A DNA stretch of 64,000 nt from an uncultured delta proteobacterium (GTDB lineage Bacteria > Myxococcota_A > Polyangia > Polyangiales > Polyangiaceae). The stretch covers positions 160,001-224,000 of the forward strand of contig CAWJCS010000002.1 in the NCBI GenBank assembly GCA_963841435.1. The letters are read 5' to 3'. The translations under genes were made by a program, and so were the position numbers. The number at the start of each line of letters is the position of its first letter. Position 1 is the first letter of the stretch. This document shows, piece after piece, positions 42,134 to 50,801 of this stretch. The notes under the pieces were generated by a model. That model saw nothing but the letters and a program-made list of their open reading frames with translations. It was not told the origin of the DNA and searched no databases.

Positions 42134-43333
42134 ATGGGAGATCGGGACCGGGTGGTGTCGTCGCGATGGCTTGCGCTGGCGGCTCTTTCGCCGCTGCTCT
42201 GCGCTCGGCCGGCCGAAGCGGAGCCGTTTCAGGTTGGTGGCGGTGGTGTGTTCCTCGGCTACGCCGTCGGTGACGGTGGCGGCTTCGAGTGGGGCATCGA
42301 GGGCTTTGCAACCCACTATCTCGAAGACCACGCCGAGTGCGGCGACCATTCGGAACGCCACGGCGTGGGTCCCTTGCTTCGGCTCGCGATGGTCAACGTA
42401 TCGCGCCTCGAGGTCACGGCCGCGGCGCACGGGGGCGGGGAGCTGCCGAGCATGCGCAGCTATTTCGATATCGATGGGGAGCTGGGCGCGAGCTTGCTGC
42501 TGCAAAAACGCAAACTACCCTGGGTCGCGCCGCACATCGGCGTCACGTTCGAATCCCTCATCTTCAACGCGTATCTCCGCCACCCGTTGCTCACTCCGAC
42601 GTTCTCGCTCGGTGCCGGGGCTCGCTACCTTCCCACGTTCGGACCTCCCGGTTCTTGCGAGTTCGGTCGCGCCTACCGCAGCGCCGGTGGGCGGGCCCGG
42701 CTCGCTCGCTACCGGTGGGTCGGAGCCCGTGAGTGCGGCAGCGACGACGCGAGACGCTGGGCCGAGCGTGCCGCCGAGGAGTGCGCTTCGGTGCCCGCAT
42801 TCTTGCAGTTGGCCCAGGAGCTATTCGAGCTCGGAGCACCACGCGCGCTCGTCGCTCGCGCCCTCGCGGCCGCTCGTGAGGAGCTCGGTCACACCCGCGC
42901 GACGGTGGGTCTCGCCGAGCTGTTCGGCGACGGTGCGCTCGTCATCGCTCCGCCGCGCTGGGAGCCCCGGCCCTCATTGCCGCGGCCGCTCGCGCTCTGC
43001 CGACTGGTGGCCGAGACTTGGCTCGACGGCTGCCTGAACGAGGGCCTCGCCTCGGCGATCGCCGCCGCCGAAGCGCAGGCGACGCGCGTCGACGAGGTGG
43101 CCGAGGTGTCCCGCCTGCTCGCCTGGGAGGAAGCCGGTCACGCCGCGCTCGCCGCCGACATCCTGCGCTGGGTCGCCTCCGTCGAGCCGGCACTCGTGCG
43201 TTCGCAACGGGTCCCGGCGAGCTTTGGTAGGGCCCCTTCGACCGCCGACGGCTCGGCCCACCGCGCGGCGATGGCCCTTTCGCGTGACGTTGCAAACCAG
43301 GCAACGCGCGAGCTTGCCGCCCTTTTCGCTTAG
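42134..43333 (+). CDS. Exported protein with beta-rich N-domain and C-terminal myxobacterial ferritin-like domain
   Basis: Signal peptide ending AEA-; 'WAERAAEECASVPAFLQLAQEL', 'EELGH', 'DGCLNEG', 'EEAGHAALA'. Confidence 0.7.
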   Translation: MGDRDRVVSSRWLALAALSPLLCARPAEAEPFQVGGGGVFLGYAVGDGGGFEWGIEGFATHYLEDHAECGDHSERHGVGPLLRLAMVNVSRLEVTAAAHGGGELPSMRSYFDIDGELGASLLLQKRKLPWVAPHIGVTFESLIFNAYLRHPLLTPTFSLGAGARYLPTFGPPGSCEFGRAYRSAGGRARLARYRWVGARECGSDDARRWAERAAEECASVPAFLQLAQELFELGAPRALVARALAAAREELGHTRATVGLAELFGDGALVIAPPRWEPRPSLPRPLALCRLVAETWLDGCLNEGLASAIAAAEAQATRVDEVAEVSRLLAWEEAGHAALAADILRWVASVEPALVRSQRVPASFGRAPSTADGSAHRAAMALSRDVANQATRELAALFA

Positions 43334-43370
43334 AGCCTGAGCTCGTCAGTTCGTGCGGGTGAGCGACGGC

Positions 43371-43406
43371 GTGTGCTCACGTGTGTGCTCACGTGTGTGC
43401 CGACGT
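43371..43406. repeat. Three tandem 12-bp units GTGTGC(TC/CG)ACGT in an intergenic region
   Basis: Read directly; CACGTG palindromes form across the first two unit junctions. Confidence 0.8.
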
Positions 43407-43601
43407 GACGGGCGCGTGCCTGGCGTCGTGAGGTGACCGAGAACGTCCTGCCCGTTGCTCGCCGACTGGATTCATGAGCCGAAGTCGCCGCGATGTGCCA
43501 CTCTGAATCGAGCGGTCTCCCTGCCGCGATGCGCACGTCATCCTACGTGGCCCTACATTGCGGGGAGCTCGCGTCTCCAAGCTGACAGGAGTCGATCAAG
43601 C

Positions 43602-44945
43602 ATGCATGTGACCAGTCGCAACCGGATCCTCTTCGCTCTTCTGACAGGCTTACTCGGAGGATTCGCGCCAGCGGCGTGCAGCTCGGACACGGGAGTGGAG
43701 ACGAAACCCGGGCTGGGACCGTGCACCGGACCCAGCTGCCAGACGTGCACGACGGACATCGAGTGCCCCGCCGGCAGCTACTGCAAGAGTGGGGCTTGCG
43801 GCCAGGACTGTGCGCCCGGCAGCGACACCTGCGGCGCGGGGATGACCTGCTCGGGCGGTCGCTGCACGCCGGCGTCGAGCAGCGGGGGCGCGGGCGGCGG
43901 CGGCTCCGGAGGCTCGGCCGGGGGCATCGTCGGGCCGCCCATCAACGTCACGGACGCGGGGATGGACGTCGAGATGATGGACGCCGACGCCTGCGCCAAG
44001 ACCAGCGTCGAGCTCTCGAGTGAAACGCCGAACGTGCTGCTTCTCGTCGATCGCTCCGGCAGCATGGCCGACGAGCTCTCGGGGGGCGTCTCGCGCTGGG
44101 CGGCGGTTCGTGAGGCGCTCGTCAATCCGAGCATGGGCCTCGTGCCGACGCTGCAAGCCGAGGTGAACCTCGGTCTCGCCCTTTACACCGGCCCCGATCG
44201 CGGGCGCGTGGGCGACATGGACACCGTCGGCACCGACGATCCCGACTACGTGGAAACGGAGGAATGTCCCTACCTCGTGCAGGTGCCCATCGCGCCGAGC
44301 AACGCCGTGCCCATCGAGATGGCGTACCGGCCCGTCATGATGAGCACCAACGCCAACGGTCAGACGCCGACCGGGGAGAGCATCGAGGCGGCCGCGCCGG
44401 CGCTCCTCGCCCTCGACCCCATGCTCTACCCGGGTCGCAAAGTCATCGTCCTTGCCACCGACGGCGAGCCGGATCTCTGCGCCGACGGCAACGACGAAGT
44501 CGGCGGGCGCCAGCGCTCGGTCGACGCTGTCACGGCCGCCTATACGATGGGCATCACCACGTTCGTGATCTCCGTCGGCAGTCAGGTGGGCGAGGCCCAC
44601 CTGCACGAGATCGCGAACCTCGGCCAGGGCCTCCCCGCCGACGATCCCATGGATCGCTTCTACCGCGCCGCGGATGCCACCCAGCTCGCGCAGGCCTTCG
44701 ACGACATCGTGAACGGTGTGCGCAGCTGCACCTTCACGCTCGACGGCAAGGTTACGACCGACGGCAGCGAGGGTAGCGTCACCATCGACGGCAATCCGCT
44801 CGTCCAGGACGACCCCGACGGCTGGCGCCTCAACAGCCCGACGGAAGTCGAGTTCCTCGGCGCCGCGTGTGACCAAATCAAGACGGGTGACCACCTCGTC
44901 AACGTCTCGTTCCCCTGCGACGTGATCATCCCCGTCCCGAAGTGA
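43602..44945 (+). CDS. VWA-domain Cys-rich lipoprotein (CglB-like family)
   Basis: Lipobox PAAC; Cys-rich repeats; MIDAS 'VDRSGSM', 'TPTG', 'LATDGEP'; C-terminal 'SCTFTL...GW...EFLGAAC'. Confidence 0.85.
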   Translation: MHVTSRNRILFALLTGLLGGFAPAACSSDTGVETKPGLGPCTGPSCQTCTTDIECPAGSYCKSGACGQDCAPGSDTCGAGMTCSGGRCTPASSSGGAGGGGSGGSAGGIVGPPINVTDAGMDVEMMDADACAKTSVELSSETPNVLLLVDRSGSMADELSGGVSRWAAVREALVNPSMGLVPTLQAEVNLGLALYTGPDRGRVGDMDTVGTDDPDYVETEECPYLVQVPIAPSNAVPIEMAYRPVMMSTNANGQTPTGESIEAAAPALLALDPMLYPGRKVIVLATDGEPDLCADGNDEVGGRQRSVDAVTAAYTMGITTFVISVGSQVGEAHLHEIANLGQGLPADDPMDRFYRAADATQLAQAFDDIVNGVRSCTFTLDGKVTTDGSEGSVTIDGNPLVQDDPDGWRLNSPTEVEFLGAACDQIKTGDHLVNVSFPCDVIIPVPK

Positions 44946-45040
44946 GCGCGGGCGGCTCGGCGTCCCGCGCATGAGCTCCACGTTGCGCGGGCTCACCGCT
45001 CCGGCCTGGGTTTCGGCGGGGCTTGCCGGCAGCCTCTGAC

Positions 45041-45063
45041 CCGCGCGGCGCGTCGCCGCGCGG
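45041..45063. terminator. Perfect 10-bp GC hairpin between convergent genes (possible terminator)
   Basis: CCGCGCGGCG-CGT-CGCCGCGCGG; no U-tract. Confidence 0.35.
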
Positions 45064-45072
45064 ATCGGTCGC

Positions 45073-46758
45073 TCACTCGGGATAGCTCGCGAGCTCGGGC
45101 TTTGCCACGAAGCCTCCGGGCACGATCTTCGGTCCCTTGGGGCTCGAGCGCGTTCCTTTCGGTCCGAAGGCGCGCACCACGTCGGCGAGCTTTTCGTCGG
45201 CGAGCGGCGGGGGTAGCGCCCGCTCGGCGCCGGGAGCGGCGACGTGGTCCAGGTGGAGCGTCTGCGTCGGGAACGCGAACGTAACGCCGAGGTCGCGCGC
45301 CAGGCGCAGGATTTCCAGAAACACGTGATGGCGCTCACGGAGCTCCACCGACCAGTTCGGCACCTCGAAAAAGAAGTAGACCATCACGTCGAGCGAGTGG
45401 GCGCCGAAGCCCGACATGTGGACTTCGTAGTAGTCCTTGCGACTGTAGGAATTGGCCACGATGATGCCGCGGATGCCCTCGACGAAGGCCTGCATCTGCT
45501 CGGGCGTGGTGTCGTAGGTCAGGTTCAGGGTGACGTAGGTGCGCCGGTAGCGGCGGCGGCCGTAGTTGTCGATCTGGGTCTCGGTGAACGCCGCGTTCGG
45601 CACGGAGACCTGCGAGTTGTAAAACGTGCGGATGCGCGTCGAGCGGAAGCCGACCTCCTCGACGATGCCCTCGACTCCCTTGACGACCACCCAGTCGCCG
45701 ACCTGAAACGGACGGTCGACGAAGATCATGATGCTGCCGAAGAAGTTCGCGAGCGTGTCCTTGGCCGCGAGGGCAAACGCCAGGCCGCCGAGGCCGAGCC
45801 CGGCGAGCAGCGAGCCGACGTTCACGTCGAAGTTCTGGAGCAGGAAAAGGACGCCCGCGACGACGACCAGTATCTTCAGCGACTTTCTCACCAGCGGGAC
45901 GAGCTGGTCGTCGAGCTTGGACTCGGTTTTCGCTGCGTGCTCGGCGAGCTGGGCCGTGAATACGTCGACCAGGCGATACAGCGCCCAGATGAGCGACAGC
46001 ACGACCAGCATGCGAATCGTGAAGTCCACGACCACGGCCGCGCCGATCGGTAGCCCGAGCTGCGGGTAGGCCACGCGCAAAAGGCCCGCCGCCGCGAGCG
46101 TCGCCCCCGGCGAGGCGATCGTGCCGACCAGATTCGTGACCCAGACCTGACCGAAGCGCGCACTGAGATGACGCACCTGCCGGCGGACCACGTAATCGAG
46201 CACCTTGCGCAGGAGGAGCACGGCGGAAGCGAGCAGGATCAGCGCCAGGTACTGCCAGATCTTCACGCCGAGCACGGTGTTGTGAAACCCCGCGGGCAGG
46301 TGCTCGACCACCTCGTCCAGGGGGCCGCGTTGCGCTTCGTACAGGCTCGCGACCTCGTCCAGCGAGTCCGCCGTCCAGCGCCACTTTCCGTCGGCTTGCC
46401 GGGCGACGCGGACCTTGTCGAGCGACGGGTGCGGGGCGACGCTGGCGCGGCCCGTCTCCGGGTCGACCCAGGCTGCGTCGTTGCTCAGCCTCTCCATCTT
46501 CACGTACAGGCCGCGTGCGTCGAACACGCGTTTCACCACGCGTGCCGTTTCCTCGAGCTCGAGGGGCGAACGACCGCGAGGGTCGAGGCAAGCGCGTGCC
46601 CGCTTCGGGTTCAGCCGTCCCGGCTGCAGCGCGTCGAACAACGACTCGACCGCCGCACGCGGGGTCGCGCAGCTCGTATCCGGTTCGGCCGCGGAGCCAA
46701 CCGCTCCGGTCAGCATCACGACGAATGCAATCACGATCACAAAAAAACGTCTCTGCAC
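45073..46758 (-). CDS. MscS-family mechanosensitive channel with periplasmic N-domain
   Basis: 'LLAGLGLGGLAFALAAKDTLANFFGS...DRPFQVGD...EEVGFRSTRIRT', 'FAFPTQT'; GTG start with AAGGAGG RBS. Confidence 0.93.
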   Translation of the reverse strand: MQRRFFVIVIAFVVMLTGAVGSAAEPDTSCATPRAAVESLFDALQPGRLNPKRARACLDPRGRSPLELEETARVVKRVFDARGLYVKMERLSNDAAWVDPETGRASVAPHPSLDKVRVARQADGKWRWTADSLDEVASLYEAQRGPLDEVVEHLPAGFHNTVLGVKIWQYLALILLASAVLLLRKVLDYVVRRQVRHLSARFGQVWVTNLVGTIASPGATLAAAGLLRVAYPQLGLPIGAAVVVDFTIRMLVVLSLIWALYRLVDVFTAQLAEHAAKTESKLDDQLVPLVRKSLKILVVVAGVLFLLQNFDVNVGSLLAGLGLGGLAFALAAKDTLANFFGSIMIFVDRPFQVGDWVVVKGVEGIVEEVGFRSTRIRTFYNSQVSVPNAAFTETQIDNYGRRRYRRTYVTLNLTYDTTPEQMQAFVEGIRGIIVANSYSRKDYYEVHMSGFGAHSLDVMVYFFFEVPNWSVELRERHHVFLEILRLARDLGVTFAFPTQTLHLDHVAAPGAERALPPPLADEKLADVVRAFGPKGTRSSPKGPKIVPGGFVAKPELASYPE

Positions 46759-46827
46759 ATCGACCTCCTTCTTGCCGTGCCGCCGCCCGGCGCCGTGGCT
46801 TATCATCCCGCAAGGCTCGCATCCATC

Positions 46828-49317
46828 ATGCAACGAATCGGTCCTATCCCTCGAACGCCCGTCCTCGCTGCGCTCCTTTCGCTGCTCGCCCCGGGCTGCT
46901 CGCGCACGGCGACCGGCACCGGCGGGCAGGCCGCGCCCATTTCGACCGCGCGGGAGAGGCTCGCGCTCACGCCGCCGATGGGATTCAACGACTGGAACGC
47001 ATTCGGCTGCGACGTGAACGAAACGCTCATCAAGGATACGGCCGACCTCTTCGTTTCGCTGGGACTCAGGGACGCGGGCTACCGGTACGTCAACATCGAC
47101 GACTGCTGGTCGCTTCGCGAGCGCGGTCCGGACGGCAAGTTGGTGGCAGACCCGCAAAAATTTCCTTCCGGCATTCGCGGTGTGGCCGACTACCTGCACC
47201 GGCTCGGGCTCAAGCTCGGTATCTACGGCGATGCGGGCACGAAGACCTGCGCGGGCTACCCGGGCAGCCTCGGCAAGGAGAGGCTCGATGCGGCGACCTG
47301 GGCGAGCTTTGGCGTCGATTACCTCAAGTACGACAATTGCTACAACGAATCCGACGGCTCGCGCGCGGACTTCGTGCGGCGCTACACGGCGATGCGCGAA
47401 GCCATCGACGAAGCGGGCCGCCCGATGGTGTACTCGATCTGCGAATGGGGTCAGTCCCAGCCGTGGGAGTGGGCGGGAGGCATCGGCAATTCGTGGCGCA
47501 CGACGGGAGACATCAGCGACAGCTGGTCGAGCCTGCGATCCATCGTCGCCTTCAACGCGACGCTCGCCGCCCACGCTGGGCCCGGGCACTGGAACGATCC
47601 GGACATGCTCGAGATCGGCAACGGCGGCATGACGCCCACCGAATATCGCACCCACATGAGCCTCTGGTCGATGATGGCGGCGCCGCTCATCATCGGCACC
47701 GATCTGCGGCGGGCCGGCGCCGACACGCTCGCCATCCTCCGCAACCGGGAAATCATCGCGCTCGATCAGGATCCGCTCGGCAACCAGGCGCGGGTCGTGT
47801 CGGACCGTGCCGGGCGCATGGCCTTCGCCAAGCCGCTCTCGGGTGGCGATGTCGCGGTGGCGCTCTACAACGCCACGGACACCGTCGCCGTGCTCGACGT
47901 GACGTCGACGGACGCCGGTCTCCCACGGGCCCCGGCCTATCGCCTGAAGGATCTCTGGAGCGGCGTCACCTGGCAGGCCGGGGCGACCCTCGCCGCGGGT
48001 GTCCCGGCGCACGGCACGGTCGTCTACCGCGTCAGCGCCCTCGAGCACCCCCATGACTTGCCACCCCTGGTCAGCGTCGGCGCGGTGCTCGGCACGCTCA
48101 TTCCCAGCGTGCCCGGCGGAGCCACACTCACCACCACCGCCAAGAATGAGGGCCTCACGGACGCGGTCACGCTGGCGCTCGGCGTCGACGCGCCTCGCGG
48201 TTGGGTCGTCCAGGCGTCGGATGCCAGCGGCAGCGCGCGGCTCGGTCCCGGCGAGTCGCGGACGACCCACAATACCGTGACGGCGCCGGCCGACACCGGC
48301 CCTGGCCGCTACCCGATTTCGATCACGGCCCGCTACGCCTGGGGCGACGGAAGAAAGGCCGCCACGGTCGTGACGGAGCTCGTCGCCGCCGTCGTCGTGC
48401 CACCGCCCGACGGCGTCAGCCAGCTGACCGAGCTCGCCGTCGTCAGCGCCGCGAACGCCCTCGGCCCCGTCGAGCGGGACATGGCGAACGGTGGCTCGGC
48501 GGAGGGCGACGGCAACCTCATCACGCTCGGAGGCAACGTCTCCACCCGCGGACTCGGCACGCGCGCCCCGAGCGAGATCGTCTACTACCTCGGAGGGCGC
48601 TGCTCGACGCTCTCCACCGAGGTTGGCCTCGACGACGAGGTCACGGCGGGCGCCGCCTCGTTCAAAGTCCTCGCCGACGATCGCCTGGTCGCCGAGAGCG
48701 GCCCCGTTCACGCCGCAGATCCCCCGCGCGCCCTGACGGCGAACCTGACCGGCGCCCGCTGGCTCAAGCTCGTCACCGAGCCCGGCGACGCGAGCGACAG
48801 CGCCGTTGCCCCCACCGATTGGGCTCGACCGCTCCTCACTTGCGGCGAGAGCACCGCACCGACGCGCCCGGAGCTCACGATCTTCTCGTTCGAGCCGGGC
48901 ACGCCAGACGTGACTGTGTCCAAACCCGACGCGGGTGGCAACCTTTCGCCGACCCCGGCGTTTCACACCGACGGCACGCATGGCCTCGAGGTGACGAGCC
49001 CCGCCGACGGCAACTGGTTCGGGCGCTCGTTTGCACAGCCGCTCGACCTCAGCGCAAAATCGAAGCTGGCCTTCGACATCGAGACGGGCCCCGCCGGCAC
49101 GGTCGGAGAGCTCGCCGTGGAAGTAGGGCCCGAAAAGCTCTGGTGTCAGGGTGGGCGCTGGGCGTGGACGAACCCGAGCTCCAAAAAGACCATCAAGACC
49201 GCCTTCGAGGACATCCACTGCCCCCAGGGCAAAAGGCTCGACCAGGGTCGAATCATGGGCGTCTGGGTGTTCGTCAAGGCCGGCACTTTCGTCATCGATC
49301 AGGTTCGTGCGGAGTAG
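46828..49317 (+). CDS. GH27 alpha-galactosidase lipoprotein with NEW3/NPCBM-associated, NPCBM and a further C-terminal CBM-like domain
   Basis: Lipobox APGC; 'TPPMGFNDWN', 'NIDDCW', nucleophile 'YLKYDNC', acid/base 'WRTTGDI', 'WNDPDMLE'; NPCBM 'GPVERDMANG...RGLGTRAPSEIVYYL'. Confidence 0.95.
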   Translation: MQRIGPIPRTPVLAALLSLLAPGCSRTATGTGGQAAPISTARERLALTPPMGFNDWNAFGCDVNETLIKDTADLFVSLGLRDAGYRYVNIDDCWSLRERGPDGKLVADPQKFPSGIRGVADYLHRLGLKLGIYGDAGTKTCAGYPGSLGKERLDAATWASFGVDYLKYDNCYNESDGSRADFVRRYTAMREAIDEAGRPMVYSICEWGQSQPWEWAGGIGNSWRTTGDISDSWSSLRSIVAFNATLAAHAGPGHWNDPDMLEIGNGGMTPTEYRTHMSLWSMMAAPLIIGTDLRRAGADTLAILRNREIIALDQDPLGNQARVVSDRAGRMAFAKPLSGGDVAVALYNATDTVAVLDVTSTDAGLPRAPAYRLKDLWSGVTWQAGATLAAGVPAHGTVVYRVSALEHPHDLPPLVSVGAVLGTLIPSVPGGATLTTTAKNEGLTDAVTLALGVDAPRGWVVQASDASGSARLGPGESRTTHNTVTAPADTGPGRYPISITARYAWGDGRKAATVVTELVAAVVVPPPDGVSQLTELAVVSAANALGPVERDMANGGSAEGDGNLITLGGNVSTRGLGTRAPSEIVYYLGGRCSTLSTEVGLDDEVTAGAASFKVLADDRLVAESGPVHAADPPRALTANLTGARWLKLVTEPGDASDSAVAPTDWARPLLTCGESTAPTRPELTIFSFEPGTPDVTVSKPDAGGNLSPTPAFHTDGTHGLEVTSPADGNWFGRSFAQPLDLSAKSKLAFDIETGPAGTVGELAVEVGPEKLWCQGGRWAWTNPSSKKTIKTAFEDIHCPQGKRLDQGRIMGVWVFVKAGTFVIDQVRAE

Positions 49318-49391
49318 CTCACCCGAGTGCGTTCACGTCCTCGCGAATCGAAACGGACGGACGGTACGGCCGTGCTAGAGCGCCTCTCGCA

Positions 49392-50768
49392 ATGAACGCG
49401 GTGCGGATCTCGAGCGCGGTCGTTCTGTCGGTCGCTTTGCAGGCTTGCTTGGAGGATGCGGGCGTTTTCGCTGGGTCCGACGCTCGCGACTGCCCGGCCC
49501 CCACGCTCGCTTGCGGTTCTGGCTGCACGGACCCGAGCACCGACCCCGCGAACTGCGGGGCCTGCGGCCATGACTGCCAGGCGAGCGAGGTCTGCTCGGC
49601 CGGTGAGTGCCTCGACGAGTGCGCCGACGGTTCCACCGCCTGCGATCGGAGCTGCCTCGATCTCTCGAGCGACCGGGCCAACTGCGGTGGCTGTGAAAAG
49701 CCCTGCTCGGACGGCTTCTCCTGCGCCGAGGGCGGCTGTATCGCGGACGAGGGTAGCGGGGGCATGCCGGCCTCGGACCTGCGCATCAGGATCGTCGGCA
49801 AAAGGCTCAGCGCGTGCGGCCGCCCCATCGTCATGAACGGTGCCAACACGCCGTGGCACGTCTGGGACGACTTCGGTGGCAACTACGATGCCGCCTGGTG
49901 GAGCCGCCACTATGCCGACCTTCACGAGGCCGGTGTCAATGCCTCTCGCGTGTGGATCACCTGCAGCGGCGAGGTGGGGGTCGATATCGCGCCCGACGGT
50001 GCGGTCCTCGGTGCGACGCCCGCGCACTGGGAGGCTCTCGACAGCTTCTTCGCGATCGCCGAAGAGCGGCAGATCTACGTGATGGCCACGCTGATGTCCT
50101 TCGACCACTTCCAGCACGGCGCCGCGTCGCGCTACGAGGCGTGGATTGCGAGCGACGAGAACCTCGATTCGTACGTAGACAACTATCTACTTCCCTTCCT
50201 CGAACGCTACCGAGGTAGCCCCTACCTCTGGTCCATCGATCTCATGAACGAGCCCGACTGGGTGTACGAGCAGTCGGGCATCTCGTTCGAGCGGCTGCGC
50301 GCCTACTTTGCGCGCGCCGCGCGCGCCATCCACGAAAATAGCGACGTTCTGGTGACTATCGGCATGGCGTCACCGAAATACAATGCCGCGTGCCCGGGTT
50401 GCGAGCCTTCGATCACCGACGCCGAGCTGCGCGAGGCCGTGGACGATCCGAGCGTGTACCTCGACTTTTACTCCCCGCACTACTACGACTGGGTCGGTAG
50501 CGTCTGGGGCAACACCCTGCACCTCAGCCCCGATGGATCCAACTTTCGCACCGACCGACCGCTCTTGATCGGCGAGCATCCCGCCCGCGGCACCTCGGGC
50601 TATACTCTCACCGAGGATCTCGAAGCAGCTCTCGAGAACGGCTGGCAGGGAACCATGCCGTGGACGAGCAACGGCGTGGATGCAAACGGCGGTTTTGCCC
50701 AAGTGAGCGCGGCGGCAACGTCCTTTCGCGAGGCCCACCCGGCGCTGGTCTTCCCTGGTTGCCCTTGA
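49392..50768 (+). CDS. GH5-like (clan A) glycoside hydrolase lipoprotein with Cys-rich N-terminal repeats, possibly a beta-mannanase
   Basis: Lipobox LQAC; 'DPANCGACG' repeats; 'NGANTPW...DFG', acid/base 'DLMNEP', 'YSPHYYDW', nucleophile 'LIGEH', 'GTMPW'. Confidence 0.8.
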   Translation: MNAVRISSAVVLSVALQACLEDAGVFAGSDARDCPAPTLACGSGCTDPSTDPANCGACGHDCQASEVCSAGECLDECADGSTACDRSCLDLSSDRANCGGCEKPCSDGFSCAEGGCIADEGSGGMPASDLRIRIVGKRLSACGRPIVMNGANTPWHVWDDFGGNYDAAWWSRHYADLHEAGVNASRVWITCSGEVGVDIAPDGAVLGATPAHWEALDSFFAIAEERQIYVMATLMSFDHFQHGAASRYEAWIASDENLDSYVDNYLLPFLERYRGSPYLWSIDLMNEPDWVYEQSGISFERLRAYFARAARAIHENSDVLVTIGMASPKYNAACPGCEPSITDAELREAVDDPSVYLDFYSPHYYDWVGSVWGNTLHLSPDGSNFRTDRPLLIGEHPARGTSGYTLTEDLEAALENGWQGTMPWTSNGVDANGGFAQVSAAATSFREAHPALVFPGCP

Positions 50769-50801
50769 GGCGCCGCCGGGAAAAGCCGTCGATCGCCCGG
50801 C

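Noticed and set aside
43602-44945. Assigning the gene symbol cglB
   Set aside because: Myxobacteria carry many VWA lipoprotein paralogs; orthology cannot be shown and no gliding genes are adjacent
46759-49218. N-terminal 820 aa of the 1381-aa ORF (apparent giant MscS fusion)
   Set aside because: It is the antisense of the GH27 gene; MscS has its own GTG start with an AAGGAGG RBS at 46758
48201-49391. N-terminal extension of the 855-aa ORF
   Set aside because: Alternate frame overlapping GH27; the real GH5 lipoprotein starts at ATG 49392 with a lipobox
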